A DNA stretch of 64,000 bases, taken from assembly GCA_903813345.2 (NCBI GenBank), contig CAIIXF020000001.1, positions 25,110,001 to 25,174,000 of the forward strand, in the 5' to 3' direction. The notes beneath the pieces were generated by a model. That model did not search any database and was not told where the DNA came from. It saw only the letters and a program-made list of their open reading frames with translations. This document shows positions 1-14,500 of the stretch, piece after piece; the stretch's first letter is position 1, and every line of letters starts with the position of its first letter. Position numbers and translations under genes: made by a program. The DNA is from Owenia fusiformis (lineage: Eukaryota).

Positions 1-706
1 TCTAATGCGTTAATCTTCTCACATAAGAATCGCAATCTGAACTTCAAATGTTACATCAAAGTAGAGAAGTGTGTCCCTTATACAAGTAGTCGTTTATTTA
101 AGGTAAATATTTAAGAAGAAAATATTCTGAGAGAAAAATAGGATTTCGAAAATCGTATACCTAAACCTTATACTTCGAATTATTTACTATCATAACTGAA
201 AAGAACTTAAAACATTCCATTCGGAAATAAAATATCAGAATGTGAAACTAACAATTTTAATCTACATCTTAATTACTATTTTTTACTTTCAATTGTATTA
301 TAAAAATTGGGATTAAGCAAGTGGCATCTGTGATCATACCGACTGTTCCAGAACCAAGATTAAATAGAATTAAATAAAACTTGAAAAACATAAAAATGGC
401 AAACAGGTAGCTCTAATTAGACGTTGCCGATGGCAAAATGTTAACACTAATCATAACTTGAACAATCTCTTATAATATGTATATCATACATCTACACAAT
501 AATCATGTTACGTCACTAATTAACAAACTTTTCCACTTGTTACAATCCTAAAAATGGCTCGAAGTTATTGTTTAAATTTAATTGAATGATCATAACAAAT
601 ATTACTATGCCTTGCTACAACATGCAACTCAAATGTTCTTTTTTAACTATTCGTATCGTTGTGTTTTTAAATCTCATAACATTTATTATATAAAAATTAT
701 ATTTAC

Positions 707-968
707 CCATAAGTTGATTGGTTTTTCCCTTCACATCATTGTCACTTAATGCATCATCGTCCGAGAAAGTTGGGGACACTTTTCCGTCATGAAATCTCTC
801 AGCCATGTCGTTGTGGACATGTGGGTAGGGTCCCATAGGGCTGTGGGGCGTGGGTGCGGTCATTATGTCGATCTCTTGGTCGTGGTCTGTCTCTACCATC
901 TTGCCGTTGGTCTTCTCCTGGAGTGTGTCGGTGTTGATGTGTTCGCGTTCAGTTTTAAATGACTGCAT
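707..968 (-). CDS. Probable first coding exon of an unidentified gene that continues beyond the left edge
   Basis: GC-richer open frame from ATG at 968 (MQSFKTEREHINTDTLQEK...KGKTNQLM), ending at a G|GTAAAT donor (exon end 707, phase 1), after which the sequence becomes AT-rich. Acidic, low-complexity N-terminus with no recognisable domain. Confidence 0.6.
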
Positions 969-3900
969 TCTTTCGCTCGGTGCGCTTTTTACGGCCACGG
1001 GTTAACCACAAGCAAGAGCGGATATCCAAAAGTCCACAAATTGATGTCACTCTCTCGTTGTAGTGAACTCAAATAATTACACAAAGTTTGTTGCAAAATT
1101 GCAGCTCTTTCAAATTTATAAAGTCCAATTTTGGTCCACTAGGTTGTTTGCTATATCGCAATAGAATGTGTCAGTATGAATGGCCCAGTAGCCTTATGTA
1201 TGCCAGTGCCATCATTACTCTGACGACGTTACAGTAAATATTCATGAGATGCTGATCATAAGCCCTGCCTCTCTATATCTGTCCAATAAGGGAGCACACT
1301 CTTTTCCATTGATTTGGGATTATCCCCGAAGGGAATGTTCTTAGATAGCAACCATGACAGTATGATTAATTGGAGGCGGTACTTATTACGGAACACTACA
1401 GATGATCGCAAACCATTGGTGGTCAAATGTCGCCCCCAGACTTTCACCAATCATCGTTACATCATGCTATAAAACCATTAGCTATATCATTACATTGCCA
1501 TCATGAATGAACAATTTACTTTGATCCTGGACAATGTTTTCACAATTTAGACAAGATGTTGAAAAGATTGCGCATAACAAAAAATATAAAATGATGTCCC
1601 ATTGACGCCTGGGGTTAGGATTACAGCATCCACAAATGTCTTCCCACACACTGTGACACAAAGAAAAACACATGTATGTATGTATACAATGCAAAACAAT
1701 GTCATCTGAATATTCCAAGTTTCGCATACAGTATAATTCATTTGCAATTTAGTAATCAATTGCGCTTGATGGATAGTCCAAAGTTGACAATAAACTTGGA
1801 AAAGAGCGATAAACTTGGTGCTAAGCGATCTTTAGAGTTTACAAACATCCAACTCTAATGCAATAATCGTTGATAAATTAGACTTTGATTTCCACCGACA
1901 GTAGTGAAAAATTGAACTACATGAATAGTTCACCTGATATTCAGCGCTTTTTTCTACAAATCCGAAAAACTAAGGAACCACTTATAGGCTTACTAAAATG
2001 TTTTGTAATGTTCTAACATAGTCTGAACCTAGCATCAAGCGCGGCATTCAAAGTTGACATTATTTTATAGTTAAGAGGGGTAATCTAAAGAAATAGAGCA
2101 GTTTTACATGTCAATTTATATGCGGAAGACCTGTAAGCAGTCCGTGTGTCCAACACTTCTACTTTGATCTTGTTCATCTTATTGTTGGTTTAATCATCTT
2201 TATAATGGCTGGTTTAATTGCTGAAGAATAGGCAAAGTATTACGCCTTTGTATTTTTATGCTTTTTCTATGTTCACCCCTCAATATACTGATATATGACT
2301 AGATACGGATGAAATAGACTGATAGAGGACTAAGCTTATAAAAAAGGCAAAGGGACATATTACAGTTACAGACAAGTCATGATTCTGGCTATCAAAAATT
2401 ATTATAACAATTAAAATCCACATTTACTTCTTAAAGTTTCTGCTTCGGAATGGTTTCTTTGATTCTTGATTTCTAATGTAGATATCATGGAAATTTATAC
2501 CCTACCATCTGTTATTTAAAAGCCACTTCGTGAGTTATGATGGGATATTCATAGACGGCAAATCTCGCTCACTTATCGCAATCATCATTACAGACTTATT
2601 GGTCCTTTTATACCATTCTAACATCACAATCTGGAGTAACACACAAGAGAACTTCCGTTTCCTTTGATCCGTTAATACTTTACAAAATAAGTGATAAGAA
2701 TATAAAATCTAGTGCAGATTTTAGATAGCTTCTTAGGATGTTATCTGCATCAGTCCGCGAATTCATTCTGGGTTGCATAAAATGTGAATTTAATTGACAT
2801 AAGTTGATTTGATGATTTAATGAAAGGTGATCAATGGCTAGTGACGGCGAATTCTTACTAAAACAAACATTATGAACATATGCCAGAATAATTATTATCT
2901 TTTTATGGTTTCCTAATTGGCACATTGACTCAACGATGAAAGACATCGTCCCCTGTTTCAGTTGTAACCATGATTCAAAGATGGCGCTGAGCTCAAATAA
3001 TGGGGAATAAACACGGTTACAATAGTCGTCACCATGTTATCAGTATTTCATACTAAGAACTCATTACCGTTATACTTATCAATATTCTGATTTCAGAGAT
3101 TGCTTAAAATCAATGTTTATCTTATTATTTTAACACCGTGTGATCAACAGTCTAAAAAACTAAAGATTTCATAGAAAATACTTTATACCACATGAACTTG
3201 TAACCAATGAAATAAATACTTCAAGGGGGAGTAGGCTAGTACATCCTGGGTAGGCACGCCCTCCTTTGTCAGATCCAATTTGCCTATTATTGCCAAATCA
3301 AAGTGGTAATTGGTAAGAACAAAAGTCTTTATTTGTAGATTTAAAGGAGGGACTTTCTCTCACTTGTACTTCAATAATAACATGATCGTACAAATCTCTG
3401 AGGAGTTCAACTGATTCTTAAGTCACTCAAAGCTTTTAATTTTCTCTGCCACTTATGTGGTGCTTCGGAACCTATTCGTTAGGCATCATAACTCAATCAA
3501 CTTGTATTACGGGAATTAAAACTATAGGGGTTAATAAATTTATATGTAATTAAATTATAGTTGTGTTCTTAAAGTGGCTAATCCCGGCAATCCAATAGTT
3601 TGAGAGTTAATTGGGTGGAGATGCCGATCGTTGTTTTGATTCCCTCGGGAGAATCGCGTCACCCTCGGGAACCGTTTAGTTGCATATAAATTGCTACTAG
3701 GCCGCATTAGTACATGGAAACTGGCAATAATTAGCATGGTATCTCATCTCTATCTTAATCATTACTATTGTTTGCAAGATGATGAGACATTAACATTACA
3801 TTCTACTCGTCCATAAAGGCCCATGGAATGCGCATTATATGTATTATGCCCGATCATCACACCTCTAAAAATCTCCTTATAGAAAACTTGAAATGATCAA

Positions 3901-4345
3901 AATGAGACCCTTGACATAGAATGTAATGTAACTCATTATGCCGGATTCTCGTTACCCTGATGTTTACGATCTCCAATTAGACTTGCTTTAATTACGTTTT
4001 CACAAAAAGGCTATGCTATATACCACCATGGTTTGGTTCAGTGAGTTCGTCTCTATTATATTATTGCAATGTATCTTCATCAAAATGGTTCCTTTTGGGT
4101 GATAGTTTCTTTGATTAAATTATTTTCATGTGATTTAATTTTTAATATAACTTTCCAGCCTATACATTCAGATTCCAAATATAAGTAAATACAAGAAAAT
4201 AATTTAATCCAGAGAATGCACATTTTCAGTTATATTAATAACTTGGAAATATTATTGAACCTTTTCAAACTTATTCCGTGATTTTTCACACAACAATTGA
4301 TTGTGAATTTTTCAATTAATTCTGAATATAATAAATATAAATAAA

Positions 4346-4467
4346 TACGAGTGTTGTTCCGGAAAGTCATAAAACAGCTTATAACTACGAGTCTTCGATT
4401 TCACCTTTTAGCCTTGAATAATAAAATCTCGTAGAAATCAGTTCAAAACTTCTGGAACAACACTCGA
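4346..4467. mobile_element. Short mariner/Tc1-like MITE
   Basis: Inverted termini (TA)CGAGTGTTGTTCC(G)GAA at 4346 and TTC(T)GGAACAACACTCG ending at 4466; the right-hand TA is not intact. Confidence 0.55.
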
Positions 4468-7400
4468 AAAACGATAAAACAATGTATGGATTGATACCAG
4501 AATATTGTATTTTCTAATGTTGCCCTTTATGGTTATTATTGGTCATAGAATAAATAGTTTTACAAAAATAAAATTCAAATTATTCCTCAGTTGAGACTGA
4601 CACTCAAAGCACTATTTGTGTACCACCACTCAAAGGTTTCTTACGCCATACTTAAGACAAAAAGATCAACCAAGGCTTCTGCTGATCACAATCAATTTCA
4701 AATTACAGAATTACAATTTTCTTTTGGAATGAAAAATCTCTTGTCTTGTAGCTAATCTAAAAGCTATTGATCACACAGCATTGCCAAATAATGTGGCTTT
4801 CCAATCAGTTTATTTGCACATTAGTTCCGTTTATGTTTCATTAAAGCCCAGTCTCAGAAGTCACTCCAAAAACACTGATAAAACATATGATAAAGATACT
4901 CATTAATATAATAAAGGCATATTAAAATTTGATTCATTTTCAGATAAGGCGACTGAGACATTCAAATTAAGTGGGCATTGATTAGAAAAGTGTCATAATT
5001 ATAGGCCTGTCTCAGCTTTTCTGATAAAGTAATATTTTTAGGGAGCCTGACCAAATGTTGGCTTAAAGCTTAAGTATTCTTGCCATTTCTGACATGAGCA
5101 TCTCACTAATACAGAAGAACCATCTCCAATCACTTAAATTATTTTGAAATGGCCACACTAACTCGATTTGGACAATTACTGGATAGTTAGGTCTTCAAGT
5201 TTGAGAGCTGGACTACATTTGATGTATCATTCATTCTTCTGAAATATTCCAGATTTACTGTTATTCCATATTTCAGTATTTTGCCACGTATTGGATCGCC
5301 AATCGTTTTAAGCAATTAAACTATGAAAAAAGAAGAAAGAAAAACTTCAAATATAACAATATTATATTCCCACATATTAAGCCTTAGTTAAAATAACATT
5401 TCTGTGCATTTTCGAAAGTGCAGATATGATCAATGAACAGAATAGCAAGAAATGAATATGACGATACGTTTTTCTTGAAATAAATTGAACATATAAGACT
5501 AAATCTAATTATTGGTATCCTAGGTTACTTGAGCACCACCAAGAAATAATGGCCAAGAATAAAGTGGAAATATTTTATTTTATTTTGATGACTCCAATGC
5601 AATTTTACAAACACATAAATTTTGATACAACTTGGCCAGTACTTATGAGTTCATTTTTAGCAATTTGCTGTCTAATGCAGGGCTGCGATAAGATGCCAAC
5701 TGGTTAAGTGGTTCTGGTGGCAGAAAACAGTAGCCTTGCAAATCTTCTGTTTGACAAATACTTAAGCATAAGTCAAAGAACCAAAAACACAAACAATTTT
5801 TATATTGACAAATTGATGATTAAAATAGGATGATATAAAACCTTGTTTTCAGAAAATTTGGATAATTTTAAACAATGAGACATAGGATGAAGAAACTATT
5901 CTCGGAAAAGAGTTCACAACAGTAAGGGATGGTAGAAGGAATATACGGAACACGTCATGTCTAAAACAATGGTTCTTGATTAAAAGCCGACAGGTTAATT
6001 CATGGCAGTAATTGGAACTAATGCTTATAATGTATCAAATCAACATTACATCAATTTTAACGCACATTGTTGAAGGTTAACATTGCGATTATCAGCCTAA
6101 GTAGCTATTTTAGTCAATACTCATAATGTCCTACCAAATCACAATGTTCATAATTTAGCCATTTAAAGTATAATATCCAGCACAATTTTTCAAAGCTTTC
6201 AAAGTAAGATTTCACTGATGTTTGGAAATGCATTAGTGCTAACTGAAAAAGATTAATTGAAACTCACTTTTGACAAACATTATCAAATAAACTACGTCAT
6301 ACATTATATGTGACTTTGTTCAGGAAGTAAAATGCTGGATTTTACACCTTAAACTGTTATATAGTGTTTAAATCTTAAAATATACACTTATCTCAGAATA
6401 CTTTTGGGCCTTACAGCTCAATTTATTACATACTAGTATTTTTCAACAAATTTTCTTAAAAACAATTCATTGGGATGTATGCTATGCAATATTGTTAAAC
6501 GGTATAAGGGTGGTCCTCTCATTGCCATTTTCATGGATATACATAACAAGTTAATAACAAAAACTCTTCTAATTTGAAAAGTTTCACATATATTTTAATG
6601 AAAGAGTAGTACCCAAAACATCATCAAATTCAATCCACTTGATAAATTTTGGCAGCAATTTTCATGTCTTGGGAAATGATCTTGGATTTTCCAACCTTTT
6701 CCTTTGTACTCATCTTTTTTATTTTAAAAGATAAAAAGTTTGATTTTGATTCTGATAAGACAAATGTGTAATTTTTTTGAATAAAAAAGAATGATCAGTA
6801 GCAAAGTGTCATTTAAAGGTTCTATTCCATTTCATTGTAAATTAAAATCTGATTTTTGAAAAATTTCTTTTCGCATTTGCAAGAAAATAGCATTTTAAGA
6901 TTCACACCATCTATAACAGTGTATAATAACACAGCATACTTTATCTCTAAAGCTATTTTGTATTGAACCAGCAGTCTGAAACAGCCATAAGAAATAATAT
7001 TTGAATGATGGTAGCCATTTTTGTTGTTTTGTGATATGCTTTATTCAATAATGCTGAATTCAGCCTAGGCCCTGTCATATGTATATCAATTTTGAAAATT
7101 AAAATAAAGAAACCATCAAAACTAAAAACTAAATTTGAATGAGAATAAAAATATTTCAAACAACCTAGCATTGGGTCTTTAAGAATATACATCAGGACAA
7201 ATCTTGATATTATCATGAACTAGCATGAACATATACTACAACATGTTTCACCATAAATCATGTATTTTAAAAAATGTGTACAAACAAAAATATATACAAT
7301 ACAGTACATAATATTCTAAAGCATATGAACTTGAATATAACCTCAATAGCCAACTAGTTTTTAACTGTAATTGTAACTGTTATCATAATATGAAATTTAC

Positions 7401-7993
7401 ATGGCAACAGCTTGCACCATGTCCCCACCTGCAATCATCCACCACAGCCAAGGTGGAAGACACATACAATGGTCTTGAAGATTGTCAAAAGATGGCATAA
7501 ACTGTCCAATACTAACATAATTAAAATCTCATTAATAAATTGCTGAAAAACAGATTTCTTGTAATTTACCCAATGAAACAGGTTTATATTTTTATATTCC
7601 ACAAAGAATAATCTTATGACGCATTAAGACAATGAGTCTAAAACAAGTTCAATGGTCCCTCAAAAACTGTTTTATCCTGAATCAGGCTATATTGTCCTAT
7701 ATTTTTTATCCTTCCAATCGATCATCCACACAATTGAAAAGGTCACTTTTGAAGATTTTTTCTTAAAACGCAGTCAATGATTTGATTTCAAGATGGTTGA
7801 CAAGAAGTGTAGAAGTGGCAATTTTTAAATCTGCATAAGAACTTACTATCACCAAGAGGTCTGTAGCAGTATTTTAGAAACTGAGGGAAGAATTTTGACC
7901 GTATGAACATTCCTTGTTCCACAATATGTCCTCCACCTTAGAGTGGTGGGGACATAACAAATGCCATCTTAGTTCCTATCATCCTCTGGTAGA

Positions 7994-8587
7994 TTAGGTT
8001 GGTATTCGTCGTGCTCTTATAGAGGCTAACAGTGCATCTCTTGGCTCTGTGGCCCTTCGCTCATGCTCTCTCTGAGGCTTTGGTTGTCTTATGCCTTGTA
8101 AGCGTCCTGGTGTTACATGGCTTCGTTGTTCAGATGTAATTGGGCCTTCTCGTACAGCTGTAACAACGTCTTTCTCAACAGATGAAACAATCCCTTGTTG
8201 CTCAAACAGAATAGGTTTTAGCACAGATGAAATATGCCCTTGCTGTACAGATGAAATATGCCCTTGCTGTACAGATGAAATAGGTCCGTGATGTACAGAT
8301 GAAATAGGTCCTTGATGTACAGATGAAATAGGCCCTTGTTGTACAGATGAATTAATATGCCCTTGCTGTCTGGATGAAATAGGTACTGGTTGAGCACATG
8401 AAATGAGCTCTGTCTGTTGCTGGTAATTATTATTAAAATTCATTCCTTGTTGACCGTAGTACTGTCCTGTATACTGTCCTGTATATCTCTGGGGTAGGGG
8501 AGGTGGTTCTTGTCTCTTGGGTGACGCCTGCTGCGTGTAGGGCTGCATACCATTGCTGTTTATAGTGCTATAATAGTTACCCTCATC
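7994..8587 (-). CDS. Last exon of ZPBP-like gene: Tyr/Pro/Gln-rich cytoplasmic tail with 9-aa repeats and a C-terminal WH2-like helix
   Basis: Acceptor ttgcag|GAT at 8587; NYYSTI and PPPLPQR motifs, roughly 7-10 copies of a 27-bp (Q/H)QG(P/H)ISSV unit, ending EPRDALLASIRARRIPT*. Confidence 0.8.
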   Translation of the reverse strand, partial: DEGNYYSTINSNGMQPYTQQASPKRQEPPPLPQRYTGQYTGQYYGQQGMNFNNNYQQQTELISCAQPVPISSRQQGHINSSVQQGPISSVHQGPISSVHHGPISSVQQGHISSVQQGHISSVLKPILFEQQGIVSSVEKDVVTAVREGPITSEQRSHVTPGRLQGIRQPKPQREHERRATEPRDALLASIRARRIPT

Positions 8588-11500
8588 CTGCAACATATAT
8601 ATTCTTTTATTGACAGACACATAGCAGTATAGTGCAGTACTCATGGAAATGAACAGGTATCTCTCAGTAGGCAGCTGACTATAATTTATTTATTCATTTT
8701 TCAATTAATTTACTGAATTTTACTTGTAAACCGAGACACACACATGTATGTGACACAGCTGAGGAAAATTATTTGTGTACAAAATCTTACAGTGGATAGT
8801 CCCTATATTTAATTTCAGCCACAAAATATATTGCAAATAAAGTTAATAATCTAATTTTATTGATGATTCAATAAGTTTTTTGATTACCTGATATGGTGGA
8901 GCTGGGGGTGAAGCTTTTGATGGCCTAGATGATTTTGTTTTAGTGGTTTTAGAGGTTGTCAAAGGCTTAGGGCTAGGTTTGGCTTTGGACTTTGTTCCAC
9001 AACTGCAATAAAATACGTTTTATATGAAATGACTGAATGTACCCAACATTAACATATCATAACCAACCGCCATAAACATATCATAATCAACCGACATAAA
9101 CATATCAAAACCAACCAACATAAACACATCACAATCAACAGACAATAACATATCACAATCAACCGACATTAGCATATCATAATTAACCGACATAAACATA
9201 TCAAAACCAACCAACATAAACACATCACAATCAACAGACAATAACATATCACAATCAACCGACATTAGCATATCATAATCAACCGACATAAACATATCAA
9301 AACCAACCAACATAAACACATCACAATCAACAGACAATAACATATCACAATCAACCGACATTAGCATATCATAATCAACCGACATAAACATATCAAAACC
9401 AACCAACATAAACACATCACAATCAACAGACAATAAAATATCACAATCAACCAACATTAGCATATCATAATCAACCGACATAAACATATCAAAACCAACC
9501 AACATAAACACATCACAACAAACTGACAAAAACCCATCACAACCATCCAACATAAAAATATCACAACTGACTGACTTAAACAGATCACAACCAACCGACT
9601 TAAACATATCAAAACTAACCGACATAATCATGTCACAACCTACCAACGTTAACATATCACAACCAACTGACATAACTACATCACAAACAACAAGCATAAA
9701 AGCATAACAACCAGACAACATAAACACATCACAACCAACCAACACAAACTAATCACAATATTATACACATCATGAACCTACCGACATAAACTGATCACAA
9801 CTTACTGACATAAGCATTTTACAACCAACCGACATAAACACATCATAACAAATCAACATAAACACATCACAACCAACCAACATAAACACATCACAACCAA
9901 CCAACATAAACACATCACAACCAATCAACATAAACACATCACAACCAACCAACATAAACACATCACAACCAATCAACATAAACACATCACAACCAATCAA
10001 CATAAAGACATCACAACCATTATCAACCAACAGCATAAACACATCACAACCAATCAACATAAAGACATCACAACCATTATCAACCAACAGCATAAACACA
10101 TCACAATAAACAATCCTTAACCATCACAACCAAACAAAATACATCATTACAATCAACTGACAAACACATCACAAGCAACCAACATACACATATCATAACC
10201 AATAGACATAAACACATCACAGTACAACAAACAAGACACACAGGGATAAATATTACAAGAGCAAATAGCAAATGCACACACGCCAATCAGCACAAGACTA
10301 CAAACAAACAAATCACAAGCAAAGACAAACACATCACAAGCAAACAACATAAACAAATCACAAGCAACCAATGTAACATAACCCACAAAGATCTGTTACT
10401 CCGAGTAAAAATGAAGACAGAAACATTGAATTCTCTTTATAGCCATTAAATTCCATAAAATGACATAAATACAGTTGAAGTTTTAGATTGCAGTAAGAAA
10501 TAAAACAAGGCATTAACATGACAGAATGTCACCACCTAGTTGCTCACAATATTATGAGTTCAATCTTAAGTCAGATTTGAATTTCAGAGAACTAAGAACT
10601 TGTAGATGATTTTGAGAAAATAAATTGGTCAATTTGAAACAAGTTGAAAAAATACCTTTTTGACCTTTTTTGACCTTGAGAAGGTAATTGAAGGCCAAAT
10701 CTCAAATCTAAAGTCAGATTTGAACTGTTGAGAACTTGTAGCTGATTTTGAAAAAAATGGTCAATTTGAAGCAAGTTGAAAAAATACCTTTTTGACCTTT
10801 TTTGACCTTGAGAAGGTAATTGAAGGCCAAATCTAAAGTCAGATTTGAACTTATGATAACTTGTAGATGATTTTGAAACATTTGGTCAATTTGAAGCAAG
10901 TTGAAGAAAGACCTTTTTGACCTTTTATTGACCTTGAAAAGGTCAATAAAACAGTAAACATAAAACCGCCAAACACCAACCACCAACCCCCATCCGCCGT
11001 CAAAAAAACGGAGACCATAACTTTTTGGTGGTGACATAATGATAAGAAATGAGGTGAGACAAAAAGATACAGAATTATTGGAAAATTTTGGAAAAGTTGC
11101 TCTTTATCTTTGATTAGAATGACACTTCCTAGTGAAGCCACATGCCTCAGATTCAGGAGGAAACTGATGTACTGTGTGTCACTTACCACCAACATAATCC
11201 GCAGCCAAACAAAATGATTGCAACTACAGCACAAATAGAGATAGGCACTGCGGTTTCAATATCTTTCATGCCTCCCCTCGCAAGTATTTTAGTTACCATG
11301 TTCTTCATGTCTGAAAATAGTAAATTAAATACATCATATCAGTCTACACTTTTTCTCACATAATACTAATAATTAGATTTTTAAAATAGTTACTACAATG
11401 AAACGTGTAAAGTGGAACAACTCTAGAGGTGAAGCACCTCTGTGAGTGAACTTACAGAGGTTTCCCAAGATCAACTGACTTAATGATAAATGAATCTCTA

Positions 11501-14500
11501 CAGGCACATTGCCAGCTTTTGCCAAGGGGGTTCACTTTTTAAAAGAATTCCAAACAATGGCTAAAATCACTTAAAAAAGTGCTCAGAATGGTGAAAACTG
11601 CATGATTTTGAAAGAATTTTTGGCTAAAGGGAGAGAGTTCTTTCAAACCCTCCAAGACACCATCCTGTCTACAGGCCTGCTCTTTAAGTGGTACACCTCC
11701 CAAATGGTACAATTTTTAGAGGTACCAAAGGTGTTCCACTAAGACAGGTTTTACTGTTTTTTATGTCCAAGGAAACTGTTTTAGTTGAGTAGCAGTGATG
11801 CATGCCCTCAGGTGGTGGATCTGGAAAGCTGATCTTAATGTTCTTTTGGCAGAAATATTATAATATTGTGGTAAAAGAACAATGGTTTATTCTTGCCTTT
11901 AAACTGAATGGAATATGTCAGCAATATACAAGATAGGAATTTTCGCTATAAAACTTAATTGGTACTGATAGTTTTTTAGAATTTTTTCCAATTCTTTCAT
12001 CGAGGTACAAGACTGGATTGATATTTCTGTATGTCTCCCAAGCAAACCAAATAACCAAAAGTTTATACAAATCTGCATTATTCATCACATAATGATTGTA
12101 CATTATACTATATAATATTTTTGGATATGTCGGTCTCTGTTATTCATCAAAAGCCTCCCTGCAGTGTTAAACCATTATCTAAATCATGGTACTAGGTGTA
12201 TGAGTCCTGATTTAATTGTTATAAAACTAGGTTTTTTTATTATTCAAGGCCAAAATTTCATCTATTGAGGACAATGAGCCAAACCTATTGTTTTAATAGA
12301 ACCATTATACTTGTGGTAAAAAATGATTGTCTAAAATCAAATGCCATACTGTGTATGGTTCTTTTAATATTATGGACATGTTTTTGTCAAAAAAAACTAA
12401 AGACCACACTGAAAAGTTAGATCCCTCTTAATGAAATGTGGCTACAGGCATGTACTTGCACATCATTATAAACTACTACTCGATACATAATAAATAGCTT
12501 CACAACCATATACAGCAAAACATGAATGTTAATGGGTGGTGGTCTTAGAACACCTACATATGTCTATGAGACAGGAGATGAACATGTTTGGGTTGTTCAA
12601 CAGATGTTGTAAGGTTTGTGGTCTTTACCTGCACAGTTAGGAAGCCACTTTATCCCTATCCATCATTCCAGCACACTTTACCACTAAGCTCACTCTCATT
12701 TAGAATAATTGTTTCTTAATGAAATATTAATCCAAGAGATCATAAAAGTTGCTATTAATTCAATTTATGATTATACCTGATGATCTATAGCTGGAATATT
12801 CTAATTGTGGTATACTATAAACTATGGGGATATAAACCTAGGGGACCTATAGATATGGGATAAATGGAAACATCATTATTTATTTAACAACGATCCATTA
12901 TTGATTGACAAATACAAGAGAAAATCTAAACTGGATTGGCAAAAAATTCATTAACTGATGAATATCCTGCTAATTCTTCTACAAAAAATCATAAATGAGA
13001 GAATAAATAATAGCCAAGTCAATCTATAAGTGTGTCACAATGTCCTGTTTATTATTAAGGTCAATTGCCTTCTGATCTAGCAAGTTAAACACATTAGCCA
13101 TCAAACAGATTGTTTAACCGGAGAGGATATCAAAACTGTGATTTTATATGGAGCCTTTTTATTTAAAAAATCCATTCATTGCAATTTTTAAAATCATGAA
13201 ATGTTACTACATATGCAATAATTCAAATCAATGCTCAGAACATGATGACATTAATAATTGGTTAAATCAGAATCCCAGACCAAAACCAAAAAGAATAATG
13301 ATAATGATTCATTCATCATCACCATAGGAACAGTTTTTGAACAATCAATTTTATTTTCATAATCGAGTGAAACAATAGTCATCACATAAAGAAGATATCA
13401 TAATAGTGATATCATATTATGTAGTCCAATTTAACTTCTATAAAAAATTAATAGCACCCGCAAGTAGAACAGCTTGATATCACCCATTGAATTATACATC
13501 ATATGGTTGCTATTCAACAATTAATTTGCTTCTTTTTTTCAAGCTCATTCTAGGGATTGTTCAAATTAAGGTCAATAAGTAAATGATTGATTTAGCGCTT
13601 GGCGCTCAAAATGCCACATGGGAATGTTTTAACAATAGCGTCTACCAATAATACAATAAAGTAAACAAACGATTAGAATAATATCATAAAATATTAATAA
13701 TGATGATAAAACATTAGAATACTAATTGTTTCCTAAGCATAGTATAAATAAATTAGTGTTTAAAACAATGGGTTGCATAAGCATTAACCAAGTCTATGCA
13801 CAAAGGGGTTTGCCTCTAACAAAGAGAGCAGCCTGGTGAGACGCTATAAAGTTGAATCAAAGAGACCCTCAGTACATTATCTAATTAAATATATTACAGG
13901 TTTATAGGCATTTATTGCTACCTTATACAGTTCTACCATATGACATTCGCAATCATAAGTTTGAATAGCGTAAAGCAATAATCATTTTGATTTCACTTGA
14001 ATACAACTTTTAATTTCATGAAACCTGATTGAAAACCATGGGGGTTCATAAAATTCCGTATGATTAAGCGCCCCTGAATTGGGGATCATGATGCAACCAC
14101 CACATCAGAGAGCAGAGGTCCCACAAGTCGTCAAGCCACAAAGCAAGGGGCGTACATAAATACTCAATTACAATTGACCATCAAAATGACCTACTTAATC
14201 ATAGAAAATTGCGGATTTCAGTTTCTACTTTGTTAGATCTTGACAGCTAATGTAATTGCATAACTGGTCCATTTGATCTAAATGATAATATTCACATATG
14301 AAGATTCCATAACTGAACACACCTGTCAGTTAGAACAAGTTAATTGAAAATTAAAACTATTCAAAATATGATTAAAATTATTTTCAAATGACAAGTTTTC
14401 TTGAGAAAGTATGAGATATATCTTGTAACAAAAAATAATTAAATCAAACACAATTGATTATAAATTGTGATTCTGAACACTTGAAACCTCTCGAAATTAA

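Noticed and set aside
1256-7216. Scattered 60-90 aa ORFs
   Set aside because: AT-rich with no motifs or consistent splice structure; likely intergenic or 3' UTR sequence.
9020-10386. Hydrophobic Cys/Met/Val-rich ORFs (241 aa, 109 aa and others)
   Set aside because: Translations of a 24-bp minisatellite that lacks stop codons; it is intronic and the flanking exons splice in phase without it.
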